Under the pieces are notes generated by a model. The model did not search any database. It saw only the letters and a list, made by a program, of their open reading frames with translations, and was not told the DNA's origin. Source: Vitrella brassicaformis CCMP3155 (lineage: Eukaryota > Protista > Chromerida). Taken from it: a DNA stretch of 64,000 bases. Positions 1-14,164 of the stretch are shown one piece after another. The position numbers were made by a program, and so were the translations under genes. How positions within the stretch are numbered: the first letter of the stretch is position 1; each line of letters starts with the position of its first letter. The stretch lies in the NCBI GenBank assembly GCA_001179505.1, contig CDMY01000553.1, forward strand, positions 124,001 through 188,000. The letters are read 5' to 3'.

Positions 1-2078
1 CAGAAGTACCAGTCGTCAACGACCAACCAGCGGCACCAGCTGCACCAGCAGCAGCGGCATCTGAGGAGAGCCGGCCAGTCGATGCTTTACAGGCGAGTCA
101 GCCAGCGGGGGACGAAGGTGTGGTGGAGGAGAGAGAAGAGCCGGCGGCGGGTGTGGAGGAAGCCGTCATTGGCAGGCCTGCAGCTGAGTCCCTTCCGCGG
201 CTGACTGAGCTGGCGCAGCAAGAAAGGGAACAACCGGCGACGGAGGCTCGTGCTGTGAGTGCTACGAGGGAGGATGAGTCTGCGAAGGAGCAGTCGCTCG
301 TCTATCCTTTGGTACAGCCGCCTGAGAGCCCAGAAGTGATTAAGGCAGAGCAGACTATGTCGAGCAAGTCATCGTTCCCATCCGCGGCTGTCATCGACAC
401 TAGTGACAAGACAGCCTCTGCCCCCCCAATGGCCACTGTTGTCGAGTCCTCGGAGTTCCTTCCCATCCACCAGGTGCCGCAGACGCAGGACGCCGTCACT
501 TCAGCAGCAGCAGAGGAGGAGGAGAGCCTTGGCGTGGTGTCATCTTCGCTGGAGGCGTACGAGGTGATGCTACAGCGTGAAGTCGTCGACACGGCCACCG
601 TGGCCACCTACCGCAATGAGGTGATCGCTGTCTTCGAGATGAGCGAGAGTGAGTTTGTCAACCGCCACATGGACCCGGCAGAGGGCAGCAATCCCTTCTT
701 TTTGCTGCTGCAACGGTGTTGGAAGACCTGCGACGCCCTGCATCGGTTCAACTTGGAGGTGCTTTCCAGGCGGATCGAGTTGCTCAAGGAAGTCGAGGGC
801 CAGCTGTGGAGCAAGAGGACGGCCACCATAACGGACAGCACCTACTGCATCCACTGCGGCCACCACCACACCGCCACACACAGCTTCGAGCGATTCGACT
901 ACCAGCCGTCAAGGCAGGACACCCTCTCCAAGAGCTTGCGGGGCGCCCGATGCACCCTCCCCGTACAGAGCGCCGATGCCGTCTTCGCATTCCGGGAGGC
1001 AAAACGCGACTGCGACCGGTACGTCAAGCAGACGCTGCAGAGGCTGCTGTTGGCGGCGTGCGGCTACGCGGCCGAGCGGGGAGAGCCGGGGGTTGGCGAG
1101 CGCGATCATGATGCGCTTCGTCAAGTGGACGACGTGTGTGAGGATCCGACAAGAGGGGACTACAGCGGTCTGCCCGTGGTGCATTGGATTCACTACGGCG
1201 CGCTGCAAGGGGGGCTGCATCAGGACCGATACAACCTGCGTGATGCTCTCGCTAGAGCTAGAATGGGTAAGTCTGTGAGTGAGAAGCACAGAGACAGCGA
1301 TCGCCCGTCTGCCTGTCGTGATTGATTTGCCTTGTGTGTATGTATGCCTTCCTTCATGTGTTTGTGTCGTGCACTCACTCAGTATTGGATGCCGTGTTTT
1401 GGTTCCTGCGTGGCCCGTGTCGCCTGGTCTCCACACCCAAAGCCGTCGAGGAGGCCATGATGACACACCTGCAAGGCTGGAGCTCGCCGATCGTGGGTGC
1501 CATGCTGCGTGTGGCGCCCCTCTCCGACCACTATTTCCTGGCGCAGCACCTGCTGCGGTGCGGCCAGGGCGTGTGCGAGTGGGCGGCGCCTTTCCTGCAG
1601 CTCCCGACCAGCGTGGCTGCTGATGCGGGGGGCGATGGTGGTGATGCGGACAGTGGTGTGGGTGTGTGTGTTGGGTTCCCTCATGTCAGTGATGGTGTAG
1701 TGACCCATTGGACAACTCAGTCCCGCGACTATTTCTTGACGCTGCTGTCTGCTGTGGTGAGGCCGCTGCCGGAGAAGCCACCCGAAAAAGGTACGGACAC
1801 ACACACACACAGGCACACGCGTAGTCAGCCAGAGAGAGATAGAGGGGGGCGAGATGAGTGAGGCAAGGCACTCATAGTTCCCTTTGCCCTCTGGTTTGAC
1901 CGACGTGAGGGGCAAGGCATACCCAGGGGTGCTATAGTAACACACACGCACTCTGCGCATTCTGGAGGGGTCGCACACACACACCGACGCACCTCCTGGG
2001 AAACCGCAGAGACACTCAGTCCTGCATGCCATGCATGTGATACGTGTGTGTTGTGTACCCACACGGGCGTTGATGCTT

Positions 2079-2112
<34 letters not shown>

Positions 2113-5100
2113 GTGGTGTTGTGCAGCAGAGGATGACGATTGGTGTGTGGTGCCCGATCAAGGCGCCCTCTTGTTGACCGAGTCCGACTTCATCTCATTA
2201 TTTGAGCAGCTGCCCTTTCACTCATTCCTCGACTTCCTGTTCTACACGCCGCAAAGTGAGCCAGCCAGCCAGCCATGGGCGCACCACATGTCTGTCTGTG
2301 CGTGTGTGTGTGTGCAGGGAGTGTGTCGCCTTACGTGGAGTGGCTGAATGCCCTGGCCTGCGTCAGGCATCTGTGTGATACCATTCAGCAAGGTATGTAT
2401 GTATGTGGCGGGCACACACACAGACAGACGTAATGCAGCAACACACAACCCAATGCGTCTCTGCTGACTGACTGACCTGTGTGTGTTTCGCCGTACAGGT
2501 ACATTGCGTGTGTCGTGTGACAGTCCTGCGCTGGTGACCCGTTTGAGCCACGCTCTGGTCTACACCCTCTCGCGAGTGGCGGCACAGGTCATGACTACAT
2601 GCACTCTGCTCGACGTGGACCAAGCCAAGAGGGGGCGGCTGGAGAAGGAGCTCAATCTGCTCGTGCTGCGGGCCATACCCACCCTCATGGCTTCAAAGAC
2701 CTCTCAGAAGTTCCTCGTCGACCTGCCCGTGCAGCTCATGAGATTCGAGACAGGTCACACACACACACGGAGGCTGCTGTGCATGTTTGGACCCCCTTCC
2801 CTGTCTTGTCAGTTTGGGGAATCCTCTGGGCGGTGTTGAACGCCCCCTCTCCCCCCACCGTCTCTGTTGTCTCCCCCACGGCCGCCCCGCCCCCCACACG
2901 TGGCACGTACGAGGACTTCATCAACAGCTCACTCCGGCCAGTGGCGCCCGTCTTCACGCTGCAGAAGTGGCTGCTCAGGTCGGCCACCTACCGCCCTTCG
3001 GCGCTTGCCGAGCGGTGTGGCTTCAGTGTGGTGCTGAGTGAGCGGCTGGACAGGGGCGAGATTGCGTTGGAGGTGGTGCTGGCTTTCTTGACGCGGCTGG
3101 GTGTGACTAAGGGGGATCCCATGTGCCTCGTGGTGTGCCACGAGGTCATACAGGTGAGGACTCAAAAGCGACCACGCTCGAGGACACCCTGCCTGCAGTG
3201 ACTGACATACACTGAAGCGTTCCTTGCTTTGCTGCAGGTGTGTCTATTGGGTCCTTCCTCGGACAGCGGCGCACCGGCATCCCTCGAGGCTCGACTCAAG
3301 ACATGCGCCAACCAGCTGGCCACCCTGGCAGACCTCTACCCCTTCACCCTCTCCTTCATCCTCTGGACGCTCAGCAGACACAGACACCGGCTCGCGCCGC
3401 TCCTGCCATACCTCGTCCACGAGCTCCCCTTCGCAAAGTCCCTCGCCTCGCCGTCTGGCTGGGCCCCCACCGTGGAAGACCTCTCGGTCGTCGCCTGCTG
3501 GCTGGAGAACAACGATCATCCCGACGGCGTCATCAAGGCCGGCATGTATGTCATGAAAGAGGTCTGCGAGGCGGCGGGGCGTGACCCCATGTTCCGCGAT
3601 GGTGAGGACAGGCGGGGGGCTGCGAGTCGGCGGCGGCATCTGCTGCTGATGTCATGTCTTGCTCGCATCCCCGGCCGCTACATGAATCGGATGGACGCCA
3701 AGAGCAAGAAGACCCGGCTGGAGATCGACAGATGGGCGATGGAGTGCATGGCGCTGCTCAACCCGTCCACCACCGACGAGGGCACCGACCACGATGACCG
3801 CAAAGGCTACAGCCACCCATCCCTACCACTGCTGCAGTACCGACTTGACCCCCCCGACAAGCCGCCAGTTTTCCTGGACCCTTCATCCGACCGCAATCAC
3901 GACACACCGGGCTTTGCCAAGGACTACTACGGCATCCTGTCATCGCCCAAACATTTGGGCGAGTGGATCAGGGGTCTGTGCGACGGCACGGTTGAGGGCT
4001 GCAACAGCAGCTTGCTGCACATGGCGGCGTGGCTGGGGTGGTCATGTCACTTCTGGGGGGCGATGGAGTGGCGCATGGAGGCGGGACGAGACAGCGGGCT
4101 GCGTGAGGAGGAGGGAGGGCTGCCGTGGGGAGGCGACGCCAAGAAGACGCCGCTGCTGATGCTCAAAAGGTGAGCAAGGGAGAGGATGGGGGGAGGGGGT
4201 GGCTGTGGGGTGCGTCGTGTGGATGAGATTGCATGCACGACGGGCGGACTGACGGCCCCCTGGCTAGGTAGCCGGGGGGCCGAGGCTGGAGAGATCAGTG
4301 CTGCACTGAACGACACACAAACATAGGCAGACAGGCAGATCAGTGATTGCAACATTGGGTGCATGGTGCAGAGTAGACGACCAGCCATGCACTCACTGGT
4401 CCTGTATGTGTGTTGTTCTGTTCATCAGGTCATTGGAGCTTGTGTTGCTGGACCGCTACACGGACGCGGCGCTGATGATGGTGCACTTTGTCGTCCCGTG
4501 TGCCTTCGTTGCCACGCCGGCCACCTGGCGCGCAGAGGGGCTGAGGGGTGTCGTGGATGGGCTCACCACTTCGGTCAAGTACAGCAGCCCCAAACTGGAC
4601 CAGAAAGTCATATTCAAGGCCAAGTGAGTCTGTTGAGTGGGGGATGAATGGTTGACGGGCGCAGGCAGCACCATGCAGCGCTGCTGTTGTGTGTGTGTGT
4701 CAGGGCCGTGGTCGCTGCCGTCACCGGCGGCTATGCTATCGAAGACCCACAGAAGGTTGGCGACACGCACATACAGCCAGCCAGCGGGGCCGGGCACATT
4801 CACACGTTGGCTCGTTTCTTGTGAAATGTCTGTCGTTAAGGTGTGCGGGATGGAGTATGGCGCCCGTCTCTCCTGGGCCGTGGGCCTCAGCATCGTCCGC
4901 ATGCAGAGGCTATTTGTCACCGACAGATCGCATAGACCATCGCAACACGGTAGATACCACACACATGACATATATATAGCAACATCACCTTGTCACGTCC
5001 GCTTCTCTGTCCCGCCGGCTCCAGATCTTGTGTACAGCTACCTGAGCCAGTGGCTGCGCGTGATGCCCGTCATCGAGCTCCACACGCCATTCATCGCCAT

Positions 5101-8100
5101 GTTCGGCAACGCCACAGCCAGCGCATCACCCATACATGCGGGCTTCGGGCAGGGACTGCTCACCCTGCTCGACCGTGACCCCCTCTCACCCCCGTCCAAC
5201 ACGTTCGATGCACCGCCCTCGTCGTCACCGTGCTGCGTGGCGCTGCGGGGGCCGCTGGCCCGCGGGCTGGAGGAGGGTCGGGGGAGCGGATGGATGGACA
5301 CCTGGGGCGATGTTGCGAGTGGTGACGTGATGCAGCCACCGCCACACTTCAGCGAGGAGCTGATGGTGCAGGCGCCGCGGCTGGCCGTCGCATGGATGCA
5401 GATACTCATCGTCAAGCAGGTAAACATGGGTCCTGGTCCTTTTGTGTCATAGGCATCTGATATGTGTGTCATCTGTGATGTGTGTCATCTGCAGTTGCCG
5501 GCACTGCACAGTCTTCGCAGCGTCATGACCTCATCCCCCCGGTCAGACCTCCGTGCGGGCGTGCTCCACACCGTCGCCGGCCGACCCGACCGCTTTTTCG
5601 CCTTCTACCACATCCAACGATGCCTGGAGGTCGCCCCGCTCGACTCGCCCCTTATTCCCATCATCCTCCAGCTCCTTTTGCGCCTCTTTCTCGCCCACGA
5701 GTTCCCCCCAGCCAACACACACGTCGGCGACCACCTGCCGTATCGCTCAAGGGAGGGGGCGACGCATGACCGGCTGCTGGTGGGCAGCAAGTTCCTCTCG
5801 GGCAAGTGGTATGGTCGGCAGCGGGATGCCATGCGAAAGAAGCTGGAGCAGCTGTCGCACCACTACCGGTCCCACCCGCCGGCCGGCGGCGGCAGACGGC
5901 CGTCCTTCAGTGCGCAGGCGACGGAGATCCTCCTCAGCTTGATGAAGTTCATGGTGGAGTGTCTGGACAAGGTCAAGCAGAAGCCGACCCCGCTGTCGCT
6001 GCTCGACCTGCAGCCCATCATCGAGGGGGCGGGGGCCGACCGCATCTTTACCCTCATCTCCGACCAGAACAGGCAGGGGGACCCCCTTGTGGACCTCTCG
6101 GGCTGGTGGTGGGACCTGCTGCCCCCATCATACCATCTGTGGCCGCGCTCGTGGCGCCTCCCCGTCAATGAGCAGCGGGAGAGCACCACCGCCAGCAGCA
6201 GCAGCGGTGGTGGTGGCGCGTCGATGCACATCTTTCAGGCGAGGAGCCCTCAGCGCAACCCGACAGAGCCTGTGGCGCCGCCGGCACCACAGCTGCCGGC
6301 CGGGTGCTACACGCCACTGCTGGATCGACAGCTCAAGGAGCTGGGCACTGACGAGAGGGTGAGAGAGTCAGGGGATGTAGGGGCGGGCGTTGAACCATGA
6401 CAGCAGGTGCCTGTCGTGTCGTGTCGTGTCGCCGTGTCTTGTGAGTGCAGCGGGTGCAGCATTTGATATCGCGGCTCAAGGAAGCTTCGCTGACGTTCGT
6501 CGAGAAAGTCAACCTGTAAGCCACTCACTGCTGACCATACAACCAACCTCGCTTGGTTGACCGATCTCCTGTGTATGTGTATGTGTGTGCGGTCGGTGTG
6601 TGCAGTCTGTGTGACATCGACAGTGAGTACATGGCGATGCTGCCCCGGCTGTACAAGAGCCAAGTGCGGCGCATCCGGCAGCGTGTGCAGCGGCACGACC
6701 GCCTCCCTGATGGCCGCGCCTGCACACACTGGGTGGACGTCGACATGGACGTGCCCACCTACACCAGGGACCCTTCCGTCCAGAGTGCGCTGGATGAGTG
6801 TGCCGGCCAGAGAAGGGAGCTCATCGATGCAGAACACACCATCGACACGGTGAGGGGGGGGGGGGGGGGGGGGGNNNNNNNNNNNNNNNNNNNNNNNNNN
6901 NNNNNNNNNNNNNNNNNNNNNNNNNNNNNNNNNNNNNNNNNNNNNNNNNNNNNNNNNNNNNNNNNNNNNNNNNNNNNNNNNNNNNNNNNNNNNNNNNNNN
7001 NNNNNNNNNNNNNNNNNNNNNNNNNNNNNNNNNNNNNNNNNNNNNNNNNNNNNNNNNNNNNNNNNNNNNNNNNNNNNNNNNNNNNNNNNNNNNNNNNNNN
7101 NNNNNNNNNNNNNNNNNNNNNNNNNNNNNNNNNNNNNNNNNNNNNNNNNNNNNNNNNNNNNNNNNNNNNNNNNNGGCAGGAGGGAGAAGAAGACAGACCC
7201 ACGGATGGGTGGTCTCCACTCCATGTATGTTATGTATCTCTGCATACGCAGGAGTTCGTTGAGATGGCCTATCGTGTGGTGCTGCTGTGTCAGCGGCTGG
7301 TGCGTCTCCACGCCACATCTCCACTGACCCACTCCCTTCTCGACCCCTTACTCTCATTGGCCAGCAAGCGCGCCGCCGTCCACTCCCACCCAGTCTACCG
7401 GCTCATCCACACAATTCTCGACGCACAGACGGCCAGCACCGCACCGCTCAGCGACTTCGCCAACCGGAGCATCGCCCCATATGAGGTCACCCTGGCTTCC
7501 ACCAACCGCACCGTCACCGTCGGGCCGAGCCCATCGCTCATGTGCTCGACGGACGTCATGAGCCGTGCACTCGAGGCCATCACTGAGGCACTGTCTGCCG
7601 AGGAGGGCGGCGGAGAGATCCTGTTGAGTGGTCTCGGCGCCAAGGGCTCGTGGTGGCGGTTGTTTCGGCCCCATCTCTGTCCTGCCCGCTTCGTGGCGCT
7701 GTACTGGGAGGCCTGTCGGTGTCTGGATGGGGAGGACAACGCGGCACGGCTGCTGAGGCAGTTTGATGTGACAGAGTGGCTGAGGAGCCCCAATATAGGC
7801 GATGTGGCCAACCGTGGGGAGGTGGAGAGCGAGTTTGCCGTGCTGCTGCTGGGCGAGCTCTCGATGCACAATCCGTCGGCGGCTCAGCTCCCCTTCAGAG
7901 AGCACCTGTGCAACCTCATCGAGGCCCGCCCCCACGTCGTCCACGCACTTCTCCCCTACATGATTGCGCCCTCGTCACTCAGGTGGCGACCCATCTGCAT
8001 CACACACACCGGCCCGCCAGCCTCGCGCGACACCGATGGGCGCCAGGCAGCCTCAGTGATAAGCTTCACGAGCGATGCCTTCCCGGCGTCAGTGAGCGCT

Positions 8101-11100
8101 GCGGTTGAGAGGGTCGTTGGGGGCTGTGACGGCGGGCTCTTCGATCGAGAGGGTCGGCCGTACGCATACAGTGAGGTCAACCAGCTCGCTAACGCACTGG
8201 TCCCTTTCATAGAGCAGGTGGGGTGGGCAGACCCTGGATGGGAGGGAGGAACCAACGGCGAGTGACTTACTACGCGCTCTCTCTCTCTCTCTCTCTCTCG
8301 TGGTGGTGTAGGAGTGCAGCGTGGATGTGTTGGTGAGGTCGGAGGCGACGCGGCTGCTGACGGCCGTCACGGCGCAAATTGCTGAGGTAGGTGAGATACA
8401 TTGGTATGGACAGAAAGGCCCTTGTATTGCACGTCGGCAGCCATTTCCACGTGTTTGATTCATTCGTTCAGCGTATGTGTCGCGGCCTTGCCGGCGGCAC
8501 ATCTATCGACCCGTCAGCCCAGATCATCGACCAGACATTCTTGTCCCTCATCCAGCGCACACAGTGGCACCAGACGGCAGCCAACGCCCCCGCTGTCCTG
8601 CCGGGTGTCACTCTCCTCCTCGACACCTTCGCCAAGACGGTCACCGCCATCTATCCCGACAGTCACACGCGGCTGCTCTACTGCTGGCACGCAATCCAGC
8701 GGGTTCTCAGCTCTCATTCCCCGCAACTTGACGGCGATCCGCCGTGGATCGGCATGCACAAGGCCGAGATGATCACACGGGCCTTCGGGCCGCGGCTCAA
8801 GGAGGCCGGTGGCCTGAGGCGTCTGGGGGCCAGCTGGCCTCTCCTGCGGGAGATTCAGGGGGTGCTGAGCCACCTGTCCATCGGCTGCTATCGGCGGCAC
8901 AGGCGGTGGCATGCTTCTCGGGTTGACGAGGGCACGGCCATCGATGAAGGGTACCTGCTCGAAGGGTCGCCCACACACCTGCTCGGCCTGATTGAGGCGT
9001 GGCTGACGGACATTGACGGAGCGAAGCGCGGCATGTGGGTGAGCTTCCTGGAGGGGGAGCCTGCGGCTGCAGGCGGGGAGAGGACGGTATGGGACCCCTA
9101 CATCGAGACACTTCTCATGGTGCTGCTCGTCGATCCATGGCGACCAGTGGGCCCATCGACACTGGCGTTTGTCCACGATTGTCTAGGCCTAGCGACGGGC
9201 ACCATACAGACGCCACCAGGGTCACCTCTGCTGCCAGCCAAGGAGCCATCACAGGACCATGAGGAGAGCGGCAGCGCGTATGCCCATCTCGACCGGCCCG
9301 CCCTGCCTGCGATCTACGTGAGCACGTCGGCCTACCGGCACTCTCTCAGCGTGCTCGGTGGACTCCTCTTTCCCTCTGCCCATGTGGAGCACCACCCCGC
9401 CGCCCCTAGCAGCGAGACTCGACCGTCAGACGAGCCCTTCCCCCCCGTCTCTGTGCGGCGCAAGTGGCGCGAGGACGGCGATGTCAGCTTCCTCGGCGGC
9501 TACTGTCACCCCGAGAGGCTACAGCTGCTCGACACCATCCTCTATGCTGGCGCGACGCAATGGATACCAGCCAGCGAGGCTCACCAACGAGTGGAGCGTG
9601 GGCTGACGGGCCCGGGGCCGCACGAATGGCAGGCCCAGCTGCCGAGGCTGGCGCCACTTGTGCAATTCTGGATGGCTCCCGTGGCGGACAGCGCGGCCAT
9701 GAGACAACAGGAGGGAGCGGCAACAACAGCACCTCAGACAACGACAGACGGCGGGAGTAGCACGACAAATGCTTCCCTGTCTGCGGCGGCCATGCAGACC
9801 CTCAGCTCGTTGGCGGCCACAGTGACCGACCCGGCTGCGTCGGCTGTCGGGTCTGTCATCAAGTCGACCTACGAGTACACGTCGTCACTCGCCAGCTACC
9901 TGCCCGTCAGCTTGTGGCCGCTGGTGCAGACGGAGGATGGAGAGACCCCTCGAGCCGGTGACGGGCTGGGCTTCCCCCCCTCTCTCGGGATTGTGTGCCT
10001 CTTCTCCATCTGCTGGCGGCTGTTCGAGGCGATAGAGGAGTTCGTCAACGGCCTGGATCCCTCCGATCTGATGGAGACCCTCCGCAAGACGCGGCGAAGG
10101 GGTGAGAGAGTGCTGCTGTGCCTCACACACGAGTGTGACGGTCCCGACAGCCATCCATCGTCACGGCGCTCCAGTTGGACGTCGGAGGAAGCCCTTATTG
10201 ACCTCGAGAAGCTGTACAAGCCGTTTGCCCAGCTGCTGAACTACTATGGCGACAGGAAGGACGAAGGTCCCGCTGTGGGCCAGGTCAAGTGTGGGTCGGG
10301 GCAAGTGGTGGCTCTGCTCCAGGCTGTCGCGTCGCTGGTGGAGCCCCAAGTGGCCAAGTGGATCGGCTCACCGGCAGCCACGTCATGCCCACCGAAGACG
10401 TCGTCGTACATGAAGCTGCTGGTGCTGATGAAGTGGATCCTTGACGAGGACATCATTGCCCCATTCTGCTATAGCCTCTGCACCGAGACCCTCCTCCCAC
10501 TCACCGCCCCCACCAGCTGTCTCGATTGGGCCGCCCTCTGCTTCTCGCCACCATTCGATGCGGCCAAGTTCGAGACATTCTGTGCGTCGAAAGGCCTCAC
10601 GGTGTGTTTCGCAGTCGCGTGGGAGAGGAGCAGGGCGGTCGCCGCGCTGCGGTCGCGTCTTCAGCTGAGCGAGACGGCGCCGTCCACTTATCCCGGTGCC
10701 TTCCCCGCCGTCCCCAGGCCCTCGCCGGACCTGGTCGATGCGTCCCGCGTTATCGGGTGGATCAAGAGTGTCTCCGAGGAGCGAGAAACGGCCCTCACCG
10801 CGACACTGGATCGGCTGCTGTCCCACCCATCGATGGGGGAGAAGAGCAGCTCACCACACATGGCCGCAAGGACAGTGGCACCGGTGCGTCAGGGGCTCGA
10901 TAGGCTGTTGCGCGAGGGGCAGGCCAATGACGCAGCGCTCGCCGTTCTGCTGTATGCGGTCCTGTCGGACTTTTCCAAAGAGCCGGGGCAGTACGCGACG
11001 GACGGCAGGGCAGAGCGGCTGGTGGAGGGACTTGTGCGCCTTGCTGGCTATGACCCTGCCCCCATACTGGCGTCCAAAGCACACAGAGACGGGTAGGCAG

Positions 11101-11869
11101 GGAAAGACACACGGGAGAGATACATACGCAACGATGACCCATTTGTCGCATGCGCGCCTGTGTGTGTTGATCAATCAGGTTTCTGGGTCGTTTTTTCCAG
11201 CGTGGCGGTGGTCGCCGGGCTGGTGGGAGTGCGTCGATCCAGAAGCTGGTAGAGGCCGCAGCCAGCGACCCCTCCCTGCTGCCGCCCCTCGCCCAGCTCC
11301 TCGGCGCTGTCCGCATGCAGACACTCGCGGCAGCACTGGCCCTATGCCTCAGCGCGACGGCGGAGCGTGCGTCGCCAGCCGGCCAAGCTGCCGGCCCCTT
11401 CCACGCCGTATCGCAGCACATGAGCTCGGTTTTCGCCAAAGAGACGATGCCGCCAGGCCTGGCGTCGATCGGGCAGCAACCGGGGGGCAGGTCGAGTAGC
11501 GGGTCACTCGGCAGTGAGCCCTTCGAGCCGTCGGCACCCGGCGAGAGTGAGCACCAGCCTTGGGTGTGCTGGGAGAGGACGGTCGGCGGCACCATTGAGT
11601 GCTGGAAGCAGGTGGGCGTCAAGTGTCTCCTACACCAAGAGATGGTGGTCAAGGGCGGGAAAGACAGGGAGACCAGCAAGCGTGGACGGCGGGGCAGCTC
11701 CAGCTCGGTGTCCGAGGATGAGCGGGCGACGGCTGCTGCTGCTGACAGTCCGGGTGTGTTGATGGGCATGGTGCGGGAGGTGGTGCAGATGTGCGGCTAT
11801 CACAAGGCGGTGTTCGTGAGGCGGGCGATGGATGAGCTCGACGGGCCCGATGCGCTGGGTCAATCGTAG
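1..11869 (+). CDS. EPG5: Ectopic P-granules protein 5 homolog (autophagosome-lysosome tether); multi-exon, start lies upstream of the window, one intron spans an assembly gap
   Basis: Exon translations match EPG5 hallmark segments in order: QLWSKRTATITDSTYC..HSFERFDY (cf. LWSFKEEQMSVQGIC..YHRYQRVE), DHYFLAQHLLRCGQGVCEWAAPFLQL (cf. [26 protein letters not shown]) and LLLTESDFISLFEQLPFHSFL (cf. LLNEDDLVTILAQFPFHELF). GT-AG introns link the ORFs 120-1325, 3229-4173, 5462-6400, 7185-8265 and 8391-11096; the last exon ends DALGQS* at 11869. Confidence 0.88.
6875..7174. other. Assembly gap (300 N) inside an EPG5 intron, preceded by a poly-G run
   Basis: Run of N seen directly; G-run at about 6854-6874. 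Confidence 0.99.
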
Positions 11870-12195
11870 TGTCTGTGTCTTTGTCGGACGAGCACGCAGT
11901 AGGCAGCCATTGTGCGTCGAGAGAGAGATAGGCTAGGTGTCTGTTGGGCGATTGATTCGGTTTTTCGTAGGTAGGATACAGCTGTTTGTCGTTGTACGAT
12001 CGATGGATGATATGGATGGACAAATATGGAGGGAGGGAGGCTGATTGACTGATTGATTCGGTGTACTATAGTACTGATATTAACTATATTGCGTGACGTG
12101 ATGAGTGTCATTCTACGTGAATGTTTGCTTGTACGTATCCGCTGCCTGCCCAATAATGGCGATTGAGTGAGTCGTCGTCATCTCATTGAGTGGGG

Positions 12196-12250
12196 AAACC
12201 CTAAACCTAGGAAAAACCTTTTCTTGGTCAAACCCTACATCCTAACCCTT
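12196..12250. promoter_or_regulatory. Cluster of telomere-like AAACCCTA(A) motifs (telo-box-like) in an intergenic region
   Basis: aaaccctaaa at 12196, aaaccctaca at 12230 and cctaaccct at 12241, upstream of the ATG at 12344. Regulatory role is inferred only. Confidence 0.4.
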
Positions 12251-12343
12251 GAGTTGTCAGCAATTGGAATGAACGGCTGGCTTTCATCCATGAGCAACCT
12301 GCCGTGAAGTTGATCGGCCCTGCAGGAGCGTATAGAGGGCGAG

Positions 12344-14164
12344 ATGGGCAACAACCACACTGCGGACCGCCATGGTGCCGTTATCGACGAACACGCACTC
12401 GACTTCCTTCACAAAGACGACAGAGATGCCCTCCACACGTATGCAGACCACACAGAAATGACATGAGGGAGGGAGAGCGGCAGTGAACAGGTGGGTGTGT
12501 CTGTTTGTGGGTGTGTGATCTGCGTATGTGTGCAGCCAGCCGGAGGTCGGCAGCCTCAGAGCCACGGCGCACTTCCTCTGGGAAGTCGACTTCTCGGCCG
12601 CCGTCCTTCGCAACCGACTCAATCGCTGCCTGGTGGCCAGGGGGCTGCAGACCATCATCGCATTCGACGCTCAGCTGGACCGCCCTCTGCTGCTGAAGGC
12701 CATCTGGCTGGTGGACACGCAGCAGTGGACCGAGGTGACCAATGCGCTGCGCTTCGCGCGGCAGAGGGGCTTCTGTCAGCTGCCCATCACACTGGCTGTG
12801 GTCGACCTGCAGCGGCACGATAGCAAACAGGTGGGCAGATGAGCGCGGGGCGGGTGGGTGGCACTCATCGGTCTGTCTGTCTGTATGTGTGTGTGTCTGT
12901 CTGTCCGTCGTGTGGTGTCTGTGTAGGCGTATTTGGCCGGTGTGCGTGTGATTGGGTTGTGGAAGATGGTCGGCAGACACGTCAACTTCGGCGGCGACTA
13001 CGGCCGTTTTGAGCTGTTCGACCAGCCGGGCGGCGGTGTGCGTGCCCTCCGCGACGAGCCGGGCTACGAGCTGGACATCAACCCCCTCCTCCCCCCCGCC
13101 CACCCATACCACACACACACCATCAACGACAACCCGCCCGTCAAATGCCGAATCCGCCCGCAGGGGGGCAGCTGGACGGCCGGTGATGAGGTGATCACTC
13201 ATGCTTCGGTGTCGTCCTTCATCATGAGGACCATCATGGCCCCCCCAATGGCCAATTGGGGCAAGACGCCTTTGGTTCACGTGGATCGGTACGCAGGCCA
13301 CACCACACTCAGGCAGACATCCATCCATCCATCCCATGACGGCCTCTTCCCTCTGTTATGTGTTGGTCTGTTTAGGCATGCCCACGGCGGTGTGCTGGAC
13401 GGCCTCCTCAACCAGTCGCCCCACCAGCCCCCCAACCGATGCACCGCCATTGTGGCGACCAGGGTGGACAGTAGCCATCCCCCCGGTGAGATTCGCACTG
13501 TGCTACTGACACCACTCGACAGCCCATTCGTCGCATCGATCGATCTGGGTATCTTCCCCGACGTCCACATGGGTAAGGGAACAAGATAGCAGATTATCTG
13601 CTGAGTGAGTCGTCCTTTATGCAGTGTTTGTTTCTGTCGTCACCAACGAGCCGCCAGTCGGTGATGCATCTGATGCCATCAAGGACCGCCGGCCCACCAC
13701 CGCCCCTCTGGTGGGCGGCCTGCTGGGCAGCACCATCGCAGACATGGTGGTCAACCAACAGGAAGCCGCTGATGAGGGTGAGTGTGCAGCCGGCCGCCCC
13801 CGTCTCTGTGTGTCGGTTGGATGAATCGGCGTGTGTGTGGTGGTGTGCAGATGAGGGTGCGGATGACGACGATGGCGATAGTGGTGAGGGTAAGTGGTGT
13901 GTGTGCGGTGCCCAGCCCGCCTTGCTAGGTGTCTTACTCCTATGTATGTGTGTGTCTGCAGAGGATGACGAGGATAGTGCGGATGACGGCGACAGCGATG
14001 AGGGTGAGTGGGAGGAGGATGAGTGGGACGACACCGACGGAGAGGGCGAGGGCGATGGCCAGCAGCAGGAGGAAGAGGGTGAGATGGGGGCAGAGGATGA
14101 GCCAGATCAGAGCGACACACATGCATTCATTGTGTGCGTCATGGATGTGATGTATGCAGGTTGA
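12344..14164 (+). CDS. Lineage-specific hypothetical protein with an acidic C-terminal tail; resembles an expanded Vitrella-type family
   Basis: Spliced model MGNNHTADRHG..DALHT/QPEVGSLRATAHFLWEVDFSAAVLRNRL../..FELFDQPGGGVRALRDEPGYELDINPLLPPAHPY..NDNPPVKCRI..HASVSSFI../..VTNEPPVGD..TTAPL, followed by D/E-rich exons. Exon phases were checked for the first junction. Confidence 0.7.

Noticed and set aside
6854-6874. Poly-G run as a G-quadruplex element
   Set aside because: It abuts the N gap and most likely marks sequencing dropout; its true length is unknown.
10795-11769. 324-aa minus-strand ORF
   Set aside because: Antisense shadow of GC-rich EPG5 exons; it runs through an intron and has no recognisable motifs.
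12381-13337. 318-aa minus-strand ORF
   Set aside because: Antisense to the spliced plus-strand gene and includes translated microsatellites (HTHTDRQTD).
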